Positions 54,376 through 62,070 of a stretch of DNA of 64,000 bases are shown here, piece after piece (within the stretch, counting starts at the first letter, position 1; each line of letters opens with the position of its first letter). Location: IMG/VR virus record IMGVR_UViG_3300014059_000004, one strand, 5' to 3'. A program made the translations under genes and the position numbers. The notes below the pieces were generated by a model that saw nothing but the letters and a program-made list of their open reading frames with translations, searched no databases and was not told the DNA's origin. Origin of the DNA: a virus.

Positions 54376-54489
54376 GTGAAGAGTTCTTTTAGCGCTACGC
54401 AGGCACGTTTAACAGTATTCAACAATTGTATTACGTTCGAACATGAGCTGGGTTGTGTATAAGAGAACGAATACGTTGAATAAGAAAAT

Positions 54490-54711
54490 TTATATTGGGC
54501 TCACGATCACGTGCCCTGCGTTCTCGCAGGGATGATGTTCACCCCAAGGCTTTGTGCACCATTTATATTCCGGGTCGACATTGTTGAACGTTTCAACTTT
54601 GCCATCATGGATTGTGACCATCGTGCTACCCTTTGTGCTGACGAACACGTGGAGCGTTCGAACCCAAGTGACGATCGATCCGGGAAGTATGTTCTTTGTC
54701 TTTATTGTCAT
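54490..54711 (-). CDS. array paralog variant
   Basis: NILPGSIVTW. Confidence 0.45.
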   Translation of the reverse strand: MTIKTKNILPGSIVTWVRTLHVFVSTKGSTMVTIHDGKVETFNNVDPEYKWCTKPWGEHHPCENAGHVIVSPI

Positions 54712-54986
54712 TGTGCGAGGATGAAGGGGGTGACTGAGCTGCCGAGCTCACGCTTGAACTTCTCAATGTCACCGCACACGGGCCACAGGTGGTTCTCTTG
54801 GACCTCGATCCAGTTGAGCCGGCTCATGGGGGAGTGCCAGGAATGCTCAAGCATCGTGACTTTGTACCAGAAGTCGTCCTTCAACGTGGGATTGGGAACT
54901 TTACCGATGCACAAGACAACGTACAGCGAAGAAGCCCACTGGATGAGGGCACCAGTTTTGACATCAGTTGTGGGGATGAATAGCAT
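54708..54986 (-). CDS. array paralog variant
   Basis: DVKTGALIQW. Confidence 0.45.
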   Translation of the reverse strand: MLFIPTTDVKTGALIQWASSLYVVLCIGKVPNPTLKDDFWYKVTMLEHSWHSPMSRLNWIEVQENHLWPVCGDIEKFKRELGSSVTPFILAQ

Positions 54987-55062
54987 CTGTTGAATTGTGC
55001 AAACCCGTGGATTGACGCATGCGCGTCACCCGGTGGAGTGATGAGCTGGGCTCATCAACCTG

Positions 55063-55144
55063 TGGAGCAACCCTGAGTCGAACAGGGACCGCGCATGGCG
55101 GCTCGGGTGGTTTAAGCCCCAGACTCTCCTGAGATTATTGCCCC
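55063..55144 (-). other. tRNA-like element: canonical T-arm plus acceptor 3' strand (GGTCCCTGTTCGACTCAGGGTTGCTCCA), followed by 7-bp hairpin; 5' half does not fold into a canonical D/anticodon arm
   Basis: T-stem CCCTG/CAGGG, T-loop TTCGACT, 7-nt acceptor complement GGGGCAA 82 nt upstream; downstream hairpin GATGAGC-TGG-GCTCATC at 55040..55056. Confidence 0.35.
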
Positions 55145-55870
55145 TTGCCCGAGAGATCACGGGTCACTCATGGTTTCATTGTAACCGGTTTAGTGTATAT
55201 TATACACATGGTGATCGAGAAGTTTGTTGAAGCAAAAGTTCAACATCTACGCATGAAGTGTGATCAATGCAACGTTGAATTTGTTCGCAACAAAAACGTA
55301 AGAATGCTCATGTCGCGGCCTCGACAATATTGTTCATCTGGCTGCGCTTCTGGTGCTCTACGCAAAGGCGGTATTGCTGATGCTTCGCGAAAGAAGACAT
55401 GCACTGAGAAGTATGGATCATCTTACTTTATTATCACACCTCAAATTCTCGCGCAGAACGCAGAGAGATCTCACACGCCTGAAGCAGAAGCCCGCCGGCG
55501 GGCCGCCGTCAGAGAATCTTTGAAGAGCACAACAGTTCAGCTAAGACGTGGGCTGTTTTTGACACGATCTAAAGCTGAGATCAAGTTCTTTGATGCCCTG
55601 GCCGGGGCCTTGGGTTATAAACTAGAGACGCAAGTATACATCAACGGTTGGTGGATCGATGCTTGGTCACCTGTTCATGATGTTTGGCTTCAATTCGACG
55701 GCGTATACTGGCATTCAAAACCGGGCGCTGTTCTTCGTGATCGAGCTCAAGATCTGTGGTTTGCAGATCAAGGAAAAAGATTGATCAGAATCACTGATGT
55801 AGAAGCACGAAACGCCAGGTCCGTTGAAGACCTGGCGTTGAAGATTACTAATCCAGTGGGTAGTTCATAA
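55145..55870 (+). CDS. endonuclease-like protein: N-terminal Cys cluster plus C-terminal DUF559/Vsr-like PD-(D/E)xK-type domain
   Basis: CDQCNVEF...CSSGC; C-term WIDAWSPVHDVWLQFDGVYWH resembles E-x-D-G-x-x-W-H restriction-endonuclease-like motif. Confidence 0.45.
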   Translation: MPERSRVTHGFIVTGLVYIIHMVIEKFVEAKVQHLRMKCDQCNVEFVRNKNVRMLMSRPRQYCSSGCASGALRKGGIADASRKKTCTEKYGSSYFIITPQILAQNAERSHTPEAEARRRAAVRESLKSTTVQLRRGLFLTRSKAEIKFFDALAGALGYKLETQVYINGWWIDAWSPVHDVWLQFDGVYWHSKPGAVLRDRAQDLWFADQGKRLIRITDVEARNARSVEDLALKITNPVGSS

Positions 55871-56644
55871 CTCAAAGACGTTGATCTGACCCATCTCGTG
55901 CAGTCCTTCCTTATTGTAGCCAAGGACGTAACCCCGACCGGAACATCCAAACCTATTCTTTGTCACCTCGAAGATGCGCTGCCCGTAGGAAGGCGACTTC
56001 TCCTGCTGGTCGATGTAAAGCTTTCCTCGGACGTCGATGGCGTGGAGGATGCCGTTCTTCCCAGAGAACTCGCCGTCCTTGTTCACCTGGCCGATGAAGA
56101 CCACGCACCCGTAAGTCGCCTTGGCCCACTCGGTCAGCATCTCGGTTGCACGGAGCGGCGTGGTCCCGTTCGTCCCGTTGGAGTACTTCCCGTCGTCCAG
56201 AGTCTGCAAGGAGTCCTGGAGGATGAAGACCTGCTTGCCCTTGTGAACCTTGCGCAGTTCATCAGCATGGGCCAGGAGATCCGGCACCATGATGTCCTGC
56301 CCGCAGACGAAGCCGTGCTTCAGGTTGAGGCGCTCGGTGACCATGCGGACCTGGTGCAGGGATTCCTCGCCCGTGTTGTACAGGCAGATGTGACCGGACT
56401 TCGTGATGGAATCTGCAACCTGCAGCAGCATCGTGGTCTTCCCAGCACCCGGCGTACCCGTCAGCATCATCACCGAGGAAGGCACGAATCCCTCACCGCC
56501 CACCGCATCGTCGAACCAGGTGACGCCCGTCTTCACTCGCCGGCGCAGGGCATCCGGGACCTTGACGTCCATGATGTTCGTCCCACGCTTCAGGCCTTTG
56601 ATCCCAACATTGATTGACATTGACCGGGCCATTGTATACCTCAA
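55865..56644 (-). CDS. RecA-superfamily ATPase (single-domain RadA/Sak4/KaiC-like)
   Basis: Walker A LTGTPGAGKTTMLLQ, Walker B VFILQDSLQ, 259 aa. Confidence 0.55.
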   Translation of the reverse strand: MRYTMARSMSINVGIKGLKRGTNIMDVKVPDALRRRVKTGVTWFDDAVGGEGFVPSSVMMLTGTPGAGKTTMLLQVADSITKSGHICLYNTGEESLHQVRMVTERLNLKHGFVCGQDIMVPDLLAHADELRKVHKGKQVFILQDSLQTLDDGKYSNGTNGTTPLRATEMLTEWAKATYGCVVFIGQVNKDGEFSGKNGILHAIDVRGKLYIDQQEKSPSYGQRIFEVTKNRFGCSGRGYVLGYNKEGLHEMGQINVFEL

Positions 56645-56801
56645 TCCTGTGGTTGTACAGATTGGTGATCGTTTATGAAAGTCAAGCTGCGAAGCGCGGG
56701 ATCCTATCCGGATTCCCCTTTCCGCCGCAGCGGCATAGTCTAGTTATACCCCAACCCTGAAGCCCTTTGCACCCTCACAGATCTCCGGTGCTCAAATTGC
56801 T

Positions 56802-56881
56802 GTGGGCCTCACGAGTAAAACGATTTAATGGGGAGGTAGGGTAACACCTTCCGACCATGGGAAGGTCACGGTGAGGCCCAC
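56802..56881. other. structured intergenic element: 11-bp outer stem GTGGGCCTCAC...GTGAGGCCCAC enclosing 7-bp hairpin ACCTTCC-gaccatg-GGAAGGT
   Basis: Inverted complementarity read directly; contains the 30-bp motif also present inverted at 61931..61962. Confidence 0.45.
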
Positions 56882-56939
56882 GTGTGACCTGACGGCCGGT
56901 GTGGTAAGGTGGCCGCAGGATGCTGACGTGGGAAGGGGT

Positions 56940-56975
56940 GTGCAAAGGCAACCGCGATGGTGGTACTATAAGATC
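56940..56975 (+). promoter_or_regulatory. conserved promoter-like motif GTGCAAAG-N16-TACTAT-AAGATC immediately before ATG
   Basis: One of four instances with identical spacing (also 57545, 62035, 63877). Confidence 0.55.
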
Positions 56976-57290
56976 ATGGCACGAATCAAGACGAACGGCA
57001 CGGCGCAGATGATTCTCTCGTACCTGAAGGCTTCTCACGAGTGGGGACCCTTCACGGAGCGCCAGATCCTGGATCAGGTTCGACCCAAGGGTTGTTCACC
57101 GCGGTGGGGGAACTCTTACTTCCTCGTGGGCAAGGGCAACGCTCACGAGATTTCACTCATCAAGCGAGGTCTCATCGACGTGGTGGCAGAATCCACGCGC
57201 GGTGCAAGGATGTACGCGATCTCAGAGCTCGGGCGTAAAGTTCTCCAGGCGTCTCTGATGATCCCTGCGCTACCGCGCTCCGCAGTGTAA
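56976..57290 (+). CDS. small winged-helix-like protein (MARIKTNGT...), paralog of gene starting at 63913
   Basis: ATG directly after promoter motif; N-terminus shared with 63913 ORF (MARINQND). Confidence 0.5.
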   Translation: MARIKTNGTAQMILSYLKASHEWGPFTERQILDQVRPKGCSPRWGNSYFLVGKGNAHEISLIKRGLIDVVAESTRGARMYAISELGRKVLQASLMIPALPRSAV

Positions 57291-57323
57291 TCGCAGCGAT
57301 CCTTAGCTTAGAATAGACTTACA

Positions 57324-57548
57324 ATGTCTCCCCGCGCAACGGTTGGTTTCGCTGCTATCGCAGCATTGCTGCTCTGGATCATAGTGTTCACTTACGGCGT
57401 GGTGAAGGGAATCTTGTTTTACCTGGGAATCGAAGTCTCAGCGAGTGCACTCTTCCCGTTCGTCACCACAGTCATCGTTCCTGCTCTCATCCTCCTGGGC
57501 ATCTACCGTGGGTATCGCCGGCTGATGAACTGGATCTCGGGGAAGTGA
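57324..57548 (+). CDS. small membrane protein (2 TM)
   Basis: FAAIAALLLWIIVFTYGVV and VTTVIVPALILLGIY helices. Confidence 0.45.
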   Translation: MSPRATVGFAAIAALLLWIIVFTYGVVKGILFYLGIEVSASALFPFVTTVIVPALILLGIYRGYRRLMNWISGK

Positions 57549-57580
57549 AAAGTCTCGCCTGAAAGGGTTATACTAAGATC
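57545..57580 (+). promoter_or_regulatory. promoter-like motif GTGAAAAG-N16-TATACT-AAGATC-ATG
   Basis: Second instance of the conserved motif. Confidence 0.55.
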
Positions 57581-58015
57581 ATGGCTGCCAAGAAGAACAA
57601 GAACGACGGGTTGGTTAACAACGTGAAGCACTACTTCAACGTTGCAACGTACGCAGAGATCGTTGCTCTGTCGAACGCATGCGCTCGGGAGCTTGGAAAG
57701 CGTGATTATGCTTTCCGGTTGGAGAATGCACAGCGCGAGGCAGATCGCATCAAGAAGCACATGAAGAAGACTTCGTGGAAGTCGATCGATCGTGGACGTC
57801 TTCCGTATCGTCCTGGTTACTCTATGGTAGGGTGTTACACACCCCCGCGGAAGCGGAAGTTCTTCTGCGGAGGCGTGTGGACTTACAACAAGCGTTTCTA
57901 TGCCCTCTCCAAGAGCGGTGCACTCTACGTGTTTGTTGAGTGGGCCCGTGAATGGGTTCGCAAGGATGTCCCTCGGTTAAAGAAAAAAGAATCGGGCGGG
58001 TGTCACTTAGTGTAA
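57581..58015 (+). CDS. basic hypothetical protein
   Basis: 144 aa ORF starting at the motif-adjacent ATG. Confidence 0.5.
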   Translation: MAAKKNKNDGLVNNVKHYFNVATYAEIVALSNACARELGKRDYAFRLENAQREADRIKKHMKKTSWKSIDRGRLPYRPGYSMVGCYTPPRKRKFFCGGVWTYNKRFYALSKSGALYVFVEWAREWVRKDVPRLKKKESGGCHLV

Positions 58016-58122
58016 AAGATACCCACCGCATGTTACAGTCAAACTACAATACGGTGCTGCGGTGCAAAAGGGTGCCGCAGCACCCTAGCGTTTCAACGAG
58101 GAAAAAGGGAAAAAAGAACAAC

Positions 58123-59283
58123 ATGACCGCAACTCCGATGTCCATTCACACGTTCTGCGAGGTAGCGCCGAAGCTTCCGCGCGATACTTCCATCCTGCTC
58201 CGAGGCCCGCACGGCATCGGAAAGTCGCAGGTGGTCCGGCAGGTGGTCCGCAAGATCGCCGAGCTCGAGGGCCTGGGTGAGCTGGAGCTCATTGACAGGC
58301 GCCTGTCGCAGATGTCCGAGGGTGACATGATCGGTCTTCCGTCGACCGACGGTGAGGTCACCCGGTTCAACCCGCCCGACTGGTTCAAGCGTGCTTGCGT
58401 CAAGCCGTGCGCTCTGTTCCTCGACGAGCTGAATCGTGCAACTCACGAGGTCATGCAGGCTGCGTTCCAGATCGTTCTGGACCGTGAGCTGAACGGCATG
58501 AAGCTTCACCCGAACTCGCGGGTCTTCTCCGCGATCAACTCCAGCGCCGAGTACACCGTCAACGAGATGGACCCTGCGCTGCTCGATCGTTTCTGGACGG
58601 TCGACCTGCGTCCGGATGTCAAGGACTGGATCGATTGGGCAACGACCGAGGGGAAGATCTCCAACACTCTCGTCGACTTCATCCGCGCTCACGGTGAGAC
58701 GTGGCTCGACACGCCGAAGAAGACCGAGCCTGGAACTGTGTCGACCTCGCGGCGCTCCTGGGAGCGACTGTCGAACGCTCACAAGCTTCTCGGCATCGAG
58801 GAGGAGCCGACCAACCCGCTCTTCTACTCCGTCGCCCTGGGCTACGTGGGAACGGAGGCAACGATCGCCTACGTGGACTTTGCGAAGTCCGTGGACACCC
58901 GCGTCGATGGATCTGACGTGATCAACAACTGGAAGAAGTTCGAGAAGAAGGTGGAGAAGCTCTCGCAGGATCGCCTCAACGGTCTCGTCGAGAAGGTGGC
59001 AGATTACGTCAAGAAGGAGGTCGGTGACAAGCTGACGGACAAGCAAGGCAAGAACCTGCAGGCCTTCATGAAGTTCCTGCCGGGTGAGCTCCGCATCAAC
59101 GCATGGGCGAAGATGATGGAAGGCGGCGTCGACAACGTCAACATGGCGAAGTCGATCCACAAGTACTGCGTGCCGGACATCCTGGACGTCTTCGGGGTGC
59201 CTTTCGGCGCAGCGGGCGTGAACATTACGCCAAATATTCCTGGCTTTCTAAAGGATAAGGACGCCAAGAAGTTACGGACCTGA
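58123..59283 (+). CDS. MoxR/CobS-like AAA+ ATPase (AAA_5)
   Basis: Walker A LLRGPHGIGKSQ, Walker B ALFLDELNRA, 386 aa; RBS aaaaaggga. Confidence 0.68.
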   Translation: MTATPMSIHTFCEVAPKLPRDTSILLRGPHGIGKSQVVRQVVRKIAELEGLGELELIDRRLSQMSEGDMIGLPSTDGEVTRFNPPDWFKRACVKPCALFLDELNRATHEVMQAAFQIVLDRELNGMKLHPNSRVFSAINSSAEYTVNEMDPALLDRFWTVDLRPDVKDWIDWATTEGKISNTLVDFIRAHGETWLDTPKKTEPGTVSTSRRSWERLSNAHKLLGIEEEPTNPLFYSVALGYVGTEATIAYVDFAKSVDTRVDGSDVINNWKKFEKKVEKLSQDRLNGLVEKVADYVKKEVGDKLTDKQGKNLQAFMKFLPGELRINAWAKMMEGGVDNVNMAKSIHKYCVPDILDVFGVPFGAAGVNITPNIPGFLKDKDAKKLRT

Positions 59284-59289
59284 GAACGG

Positions 59290-59769
59290 GTGTCGAAAGT
59301 GGCAACACAATCGAGCACCCGTTGGAAAGAGGCGCTGGATGAGCTTGAGGCTTGGTGCAGTTCAAAGGGGCTCAAGCTCTTCTTCCTGCGTTCTGAACGA
59401 ACGGGTGCGTACTGGGATCTGAGCCGTGAGATCATCGTTAACTCACGGTTCTGCGACGAAACGAAGTGCTACATCATCCTCCATGAAGCGGGTCACTACC
59501 TGTACTCCATCGATCACAGCGGCGGTCGAAGCTCATGGCGGGTGAAAGCGATAGAACCGCAGAGCGATTCGCCGGTGCACCTCCGCCACGAACATGCTCT
59601 GAACCTCTTGAAAGAAGAGTACGAAGCATGGGATAGGGGACTGAAGCTCGGGCGTCGTCTGGGCATCCTACCAACGGGTGATCTACCGAAGAACTGGTCA
59701 AAGCTGAAGAACAAGTGCCTGGCTAGCTACGTTGCTGATACTGCTGCGAAGCTCGCGGAGAAACCATGA
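59290..59769 (+). CDS. putative zinc metallopeptidase (HExxH)
   Basis: ILHEAGHYLYS motif. Confidence 0.45.
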   Translation: MSKVATQSSTRWKEALDELEAWCSSKGLKLFFLRSERTGAYWDLSREIIVNSRFCDETKCYIILHEAGHYLYSIDHSGGRSSWRVKAIEPQSDSPVHLRHEHALNLLKEEYEAWDRGLKLGRRLGILPTGDLPKNWSKLKNKCLASYVADTAAKLAEKP

Positions 59770-60341
59770 AGAAGATCAAGATTCCATCGCACCCTGACGT
59801 TGCCGCACAGATCGTCTCATCGAACCCGATGACAATGATCGCATTCCAGCACGTCATGCTGCAGAGCGGTATCGTGCCCATCACAACGGTGGGATCTGAC
59901 GTCAACAAGCTGCTGAAGGACCAAGGGGTTTCAGAGGAGGATCAGCGCACCCTGAAGCGAAAGTTCCGAAAGCTGTGGCGAACTGCTGCAAAGCGCGTGG
60001 AGAAGAGCAACAGCGGAACAGCAGCGATCAGGGAAGCAAGGGCCGCAGCGCTTCGCACGAAGCCGGTGCCAAATGCACCTGAAGCTCCAGTGCCGCCACC
60101 GAATCGTTTTCACAAAGAGGCTCGGAAGGCTCTGGTCTTCATGACTCTCAGACCGCAGATCCAGGCGCTGGTCGACAGCATGGTCGATCTTACGACCAAG
60201 AAGGAGTTACATCGAATGATACGATCTGGCCCAGGCCCGCCCCGCTTACACTTGCTACGATTGACCTTGGATATGCAGGTGACAGAATCCGAAAGGATGT
60301 CCAGTAACCAATTGAAGACTGTGAAACACTTGTTGAGTTGA
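59766..60341 (+). CDS. hypothetical protein
   Basis: ATGA coupling; 191 aa. Confidence 0.45.
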   Translation: MKKIKIPSHPDVAAQIVSSNPMTMIAFQHVMLQSGIVPITTVGSDVNKLLKDQGVSEEDQRTLKRKFRKLWRTAAKRVEKSNSGTAAIREARAAALRTKPVPNAPEAPVPPPNRFHKEARKALVFMTLRPQIQALVDSMVDLTTKKELHRMIRSGPGPPRLHLLRLTLDMQVTESERMSSNQLKTVKHLLS

Positions 60342-60379
60342 AACGACAAACGCCCGGGGTATCCCTCCCCGGGCGTTTT

Positions 60380-61120
60380 CTATTTGAGCTTAAGGCTTAA
60401 AAGAGAACGAACGCCAGCACCGTACCACGGGCGCTTGATGGAGCAAGACAATGCATCCAGGACAACGTACCCGATGTGCTTGCCTTCTCCCGTTGCTTCG
60501 GCATCGTTCGGATCCAGGCCGATGTCGTCTTTCTGGCCCATCCTGTTGACACCGCTCTGGACGTAGCCGAAGCGCCAGCAACCCAAGACAGTGCCGACGA
60601 TGAGAATTTCACCACCGTAACCATCGTCTTCTTTGTACGTAACGAGCTCGCCGAGCTTACGGCGGGGCAGCTGGGCCATGCGTAATTCCTCAATGACAGG
60701 TTTGAGACATGCTAGGGTTGGGATGATGTAGCATCCCGTGCCGATGATGAACGTGTGGCGGAGGAGACGCAGCGTGGCATCCTTCTTCCGCTCTTCGCTT
60801 CTGATAGAGCCTGCGAACACAGCGACCGTGCCGATCTTTGCGATCGGTTCTGAACTACGCCCTGTCATGCGCTCCATGAGAACTGGGTACGCCGGCTGCG
60901 TGTAGTACTTTGGAAGGTACTCTTCGTACAGCGGTACTGTCACTGTGAACATCGATCCTGCATGCTGCAGCGCAGAGATCCATGCCTCGTAGATCTTCGG
61001 ATCTACGGACGGGGGATCTGTCGCGCCTCTGAATGGCGGGAGCTGAAGAACTTCAACCTTGGGTGGTGGCTTACCGCCCGAAGTTCCCGTCCACTTGATG
61101 ATGGGTCGCTTCTTCGCCAT
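60380..61120 (-). CDS. hypothetical protein (246 aa)
   Basis: Clean ORF; convergent with upstream block. Confidence 0.5.
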   Translation of the reverse strand: MAKKRPIIKWTGTSGGKPPPKVEVLQLPPFRGATDPPSVDPKIYEAWISALQHAGSMFTVTVPLYEEYLPKYYTQPAYPVLMERMTGRSSEPIAKIGTVAVFAGSIRSEERKKDATLRLLRHTFIIGTGCYIIPTLACLKPVIEELRMAQLPRRKLGELVTYKEDDGYGGEILIVGTVLGCWRFGYVQSGVNRMGQKDDIGLDPNDAEATGEGKHIGYVVLDALSCSIKRPWYGAGVRSLLSLKLK

Positions 61121-61123
61121 TCC

Positions 61124-61483
61124 TCAACCCCTCGAGATTTCGATCGAGAAGCGAACGACGATGTACGTCATGACCGCGGGGGCGTAAGGAAGACCCGTGA
61201 TCAGATTGATCGGACGTTCGTCGACGATCTCACCCGAGTCAGCGACCCCCACAGCGGGCACGGTCACCCGCTGGGTCTCCCAAGTGAAAGCTGTGAAAGG
61301 CGATGCCTCGCGGGGAGCGAGGCCAGTCATCCGAAACAGCTCCAGAACGCGGCCTTGCGAGTTGAGCTGCCCATTCCCAGACGTCAGCTGGTACGTCTGC
61401 TCGTAACGACCTTCACCGAGGGATTCCTCGGAAATCAGGACGAGCTCCAGGATCGGGATGGGATTGATGTGACATATCCTCAT
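61124..61483 (-). CDS. hypothetical protein
   Basis: 119 aa ORF tightly following. Confidence 0.45.
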   Translation of the reverse strand: MRICHINPIPILELVLISEESLGEGRYEQTYQLTSGNGQLNSQGRVLELFRMTGLAPREASPFTAFTWETQRVTVPAVGVADSGEIVDERPINLITGLPYAPAVMTYIVVRFSIEISRG

Positions 61484-61527
61484 GGTTGGCCTCCTAAGAG
61501 GATTCTACAACTTTCTGCGGTGAATGT

Positions 61528-61839
61528 TCACTTCGTGGCTTCGAACCAAGCCTTGAACTGCTGCGATTGCTCGGGCGTCAGGGTGCCGACGTGCCACATG
61601 CACTCCACGGCACCATTGTACTTGTAGTCGTACACAGCCACGTTGAATCCAGGACCTTCGAAGATCCACTCGTGGGTCGTCTTATACCCATCACCAGGGA
61701 GCGGTTCACCGAACCGGGCGACCATCTGCTTCAGGGTTCCTCGGACAGTTACACCGTGGAACGACGTTTCGTTGATGTCTGCATCGGGGTTCGGCCTGAA
61801 CATGATCCAACTATAACTCATTCCCCCCGTGAGTTGCAC
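61528..61839 (-). CDS. hypothetical protein
   Basis: 103 aa ORF. Confidence 0.45.
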   Translation of the reverse strand: MQLTGGMSYSWIMFRPNPDADINETSFHGVTVRGTLKQMVARFGEPLPGDGYKTTHEWIFEGPGFNVAVYDYKYNGAVECMWHVGTLTPEQSQQFKAWFEATK

Positions 61840-61930
61840 CCGGTCATACCCTCGCCCGCGGGCATTCCATTACCACCACCTTCCAACCCCCGACCGGTCG
61901 CACAGGTGACCCACGGTGACCCCCGAAAAG

Positions 61931-61962
61931 CCGGAAGGTGTTACCCTACCACCCTATTAAAT
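61931..61962. repeat. inverted copy of about 30-bp motif (CCGGAAGGTGTTACCCTACCACCCTATTAAAT) shared with 56824..56853
   Basis: Reverse complement matches ATTTAATGGGGAGGTAGGGTAACACCTTCCG with 2 mismatches; both in divergent intergenic regions. Confidence 0.6.
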
Positions 61963-62034
61963 GAGAAGCACGTGAGTGATTATACTCAGGGTACAATTAC
62001 AACGCGGGTATAATCGAAAATAATCTTGCGCTCC

Positions 62035-62070
62035 GTGAAAGAACGACCGCTGCCATGGTACAACTAGATC
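62035..62070 (+). promoter_or_regulatory. promoter-like motif GTGAAAGA-N16-TACAAC-TAGATC-ATG
   Basis: Third instance, same spacing. Confidence 0.5.

Larger units (their letters stand above)
23748..54986 (-). repeat. tandem array of about 94 paralogous small ORFs (x-GDLV N-term / LPDG..E(L/F)xx(L/I/V) C-term family), interrupted at 25.0-29.4 kb and 30.55-34.08 kb
   Basis: Head-to-tail minus-strand ORFs 40-120 aa sharing motifs, 4-nt start/stop overlaps, no nucleotide-level identity between units. Confidence 0.85.

Noticed and set aside
23748-54986. Possible CRISPR array or simple tandem DNA repeat, because of the about 230-bp periodicity
   Set aside because: Units are not similar at nucleotide level and have no conserved direct repeat or spacer architecture. 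The periodicity comes from tiled protein-coding paralogs with conserved amino-acid motifs and start/stop coupling.
55063-55144. Calling a complete canonical tRNA gene
   Set aside because: Only the T-arm and acceptor stem fold canonically. D- and anticodon arms could not be built by hand, so it is reported as a tRNA-like element rather than a tRNA gene.
55898-56617. 239-aa plus-strand ORF antisense to the RecA-like ATPase
   Set aside because: Low-complexity composition. The minus frame has Walker A/B motifs.
58093-59160. 355-aa minus-strand ORF antisense to the MoxR-like AAA+ gene
   Set aside because: Arg/Leu/Val/Asp-rich with no motifs. The sense frame has clear Walker A/B boxes.
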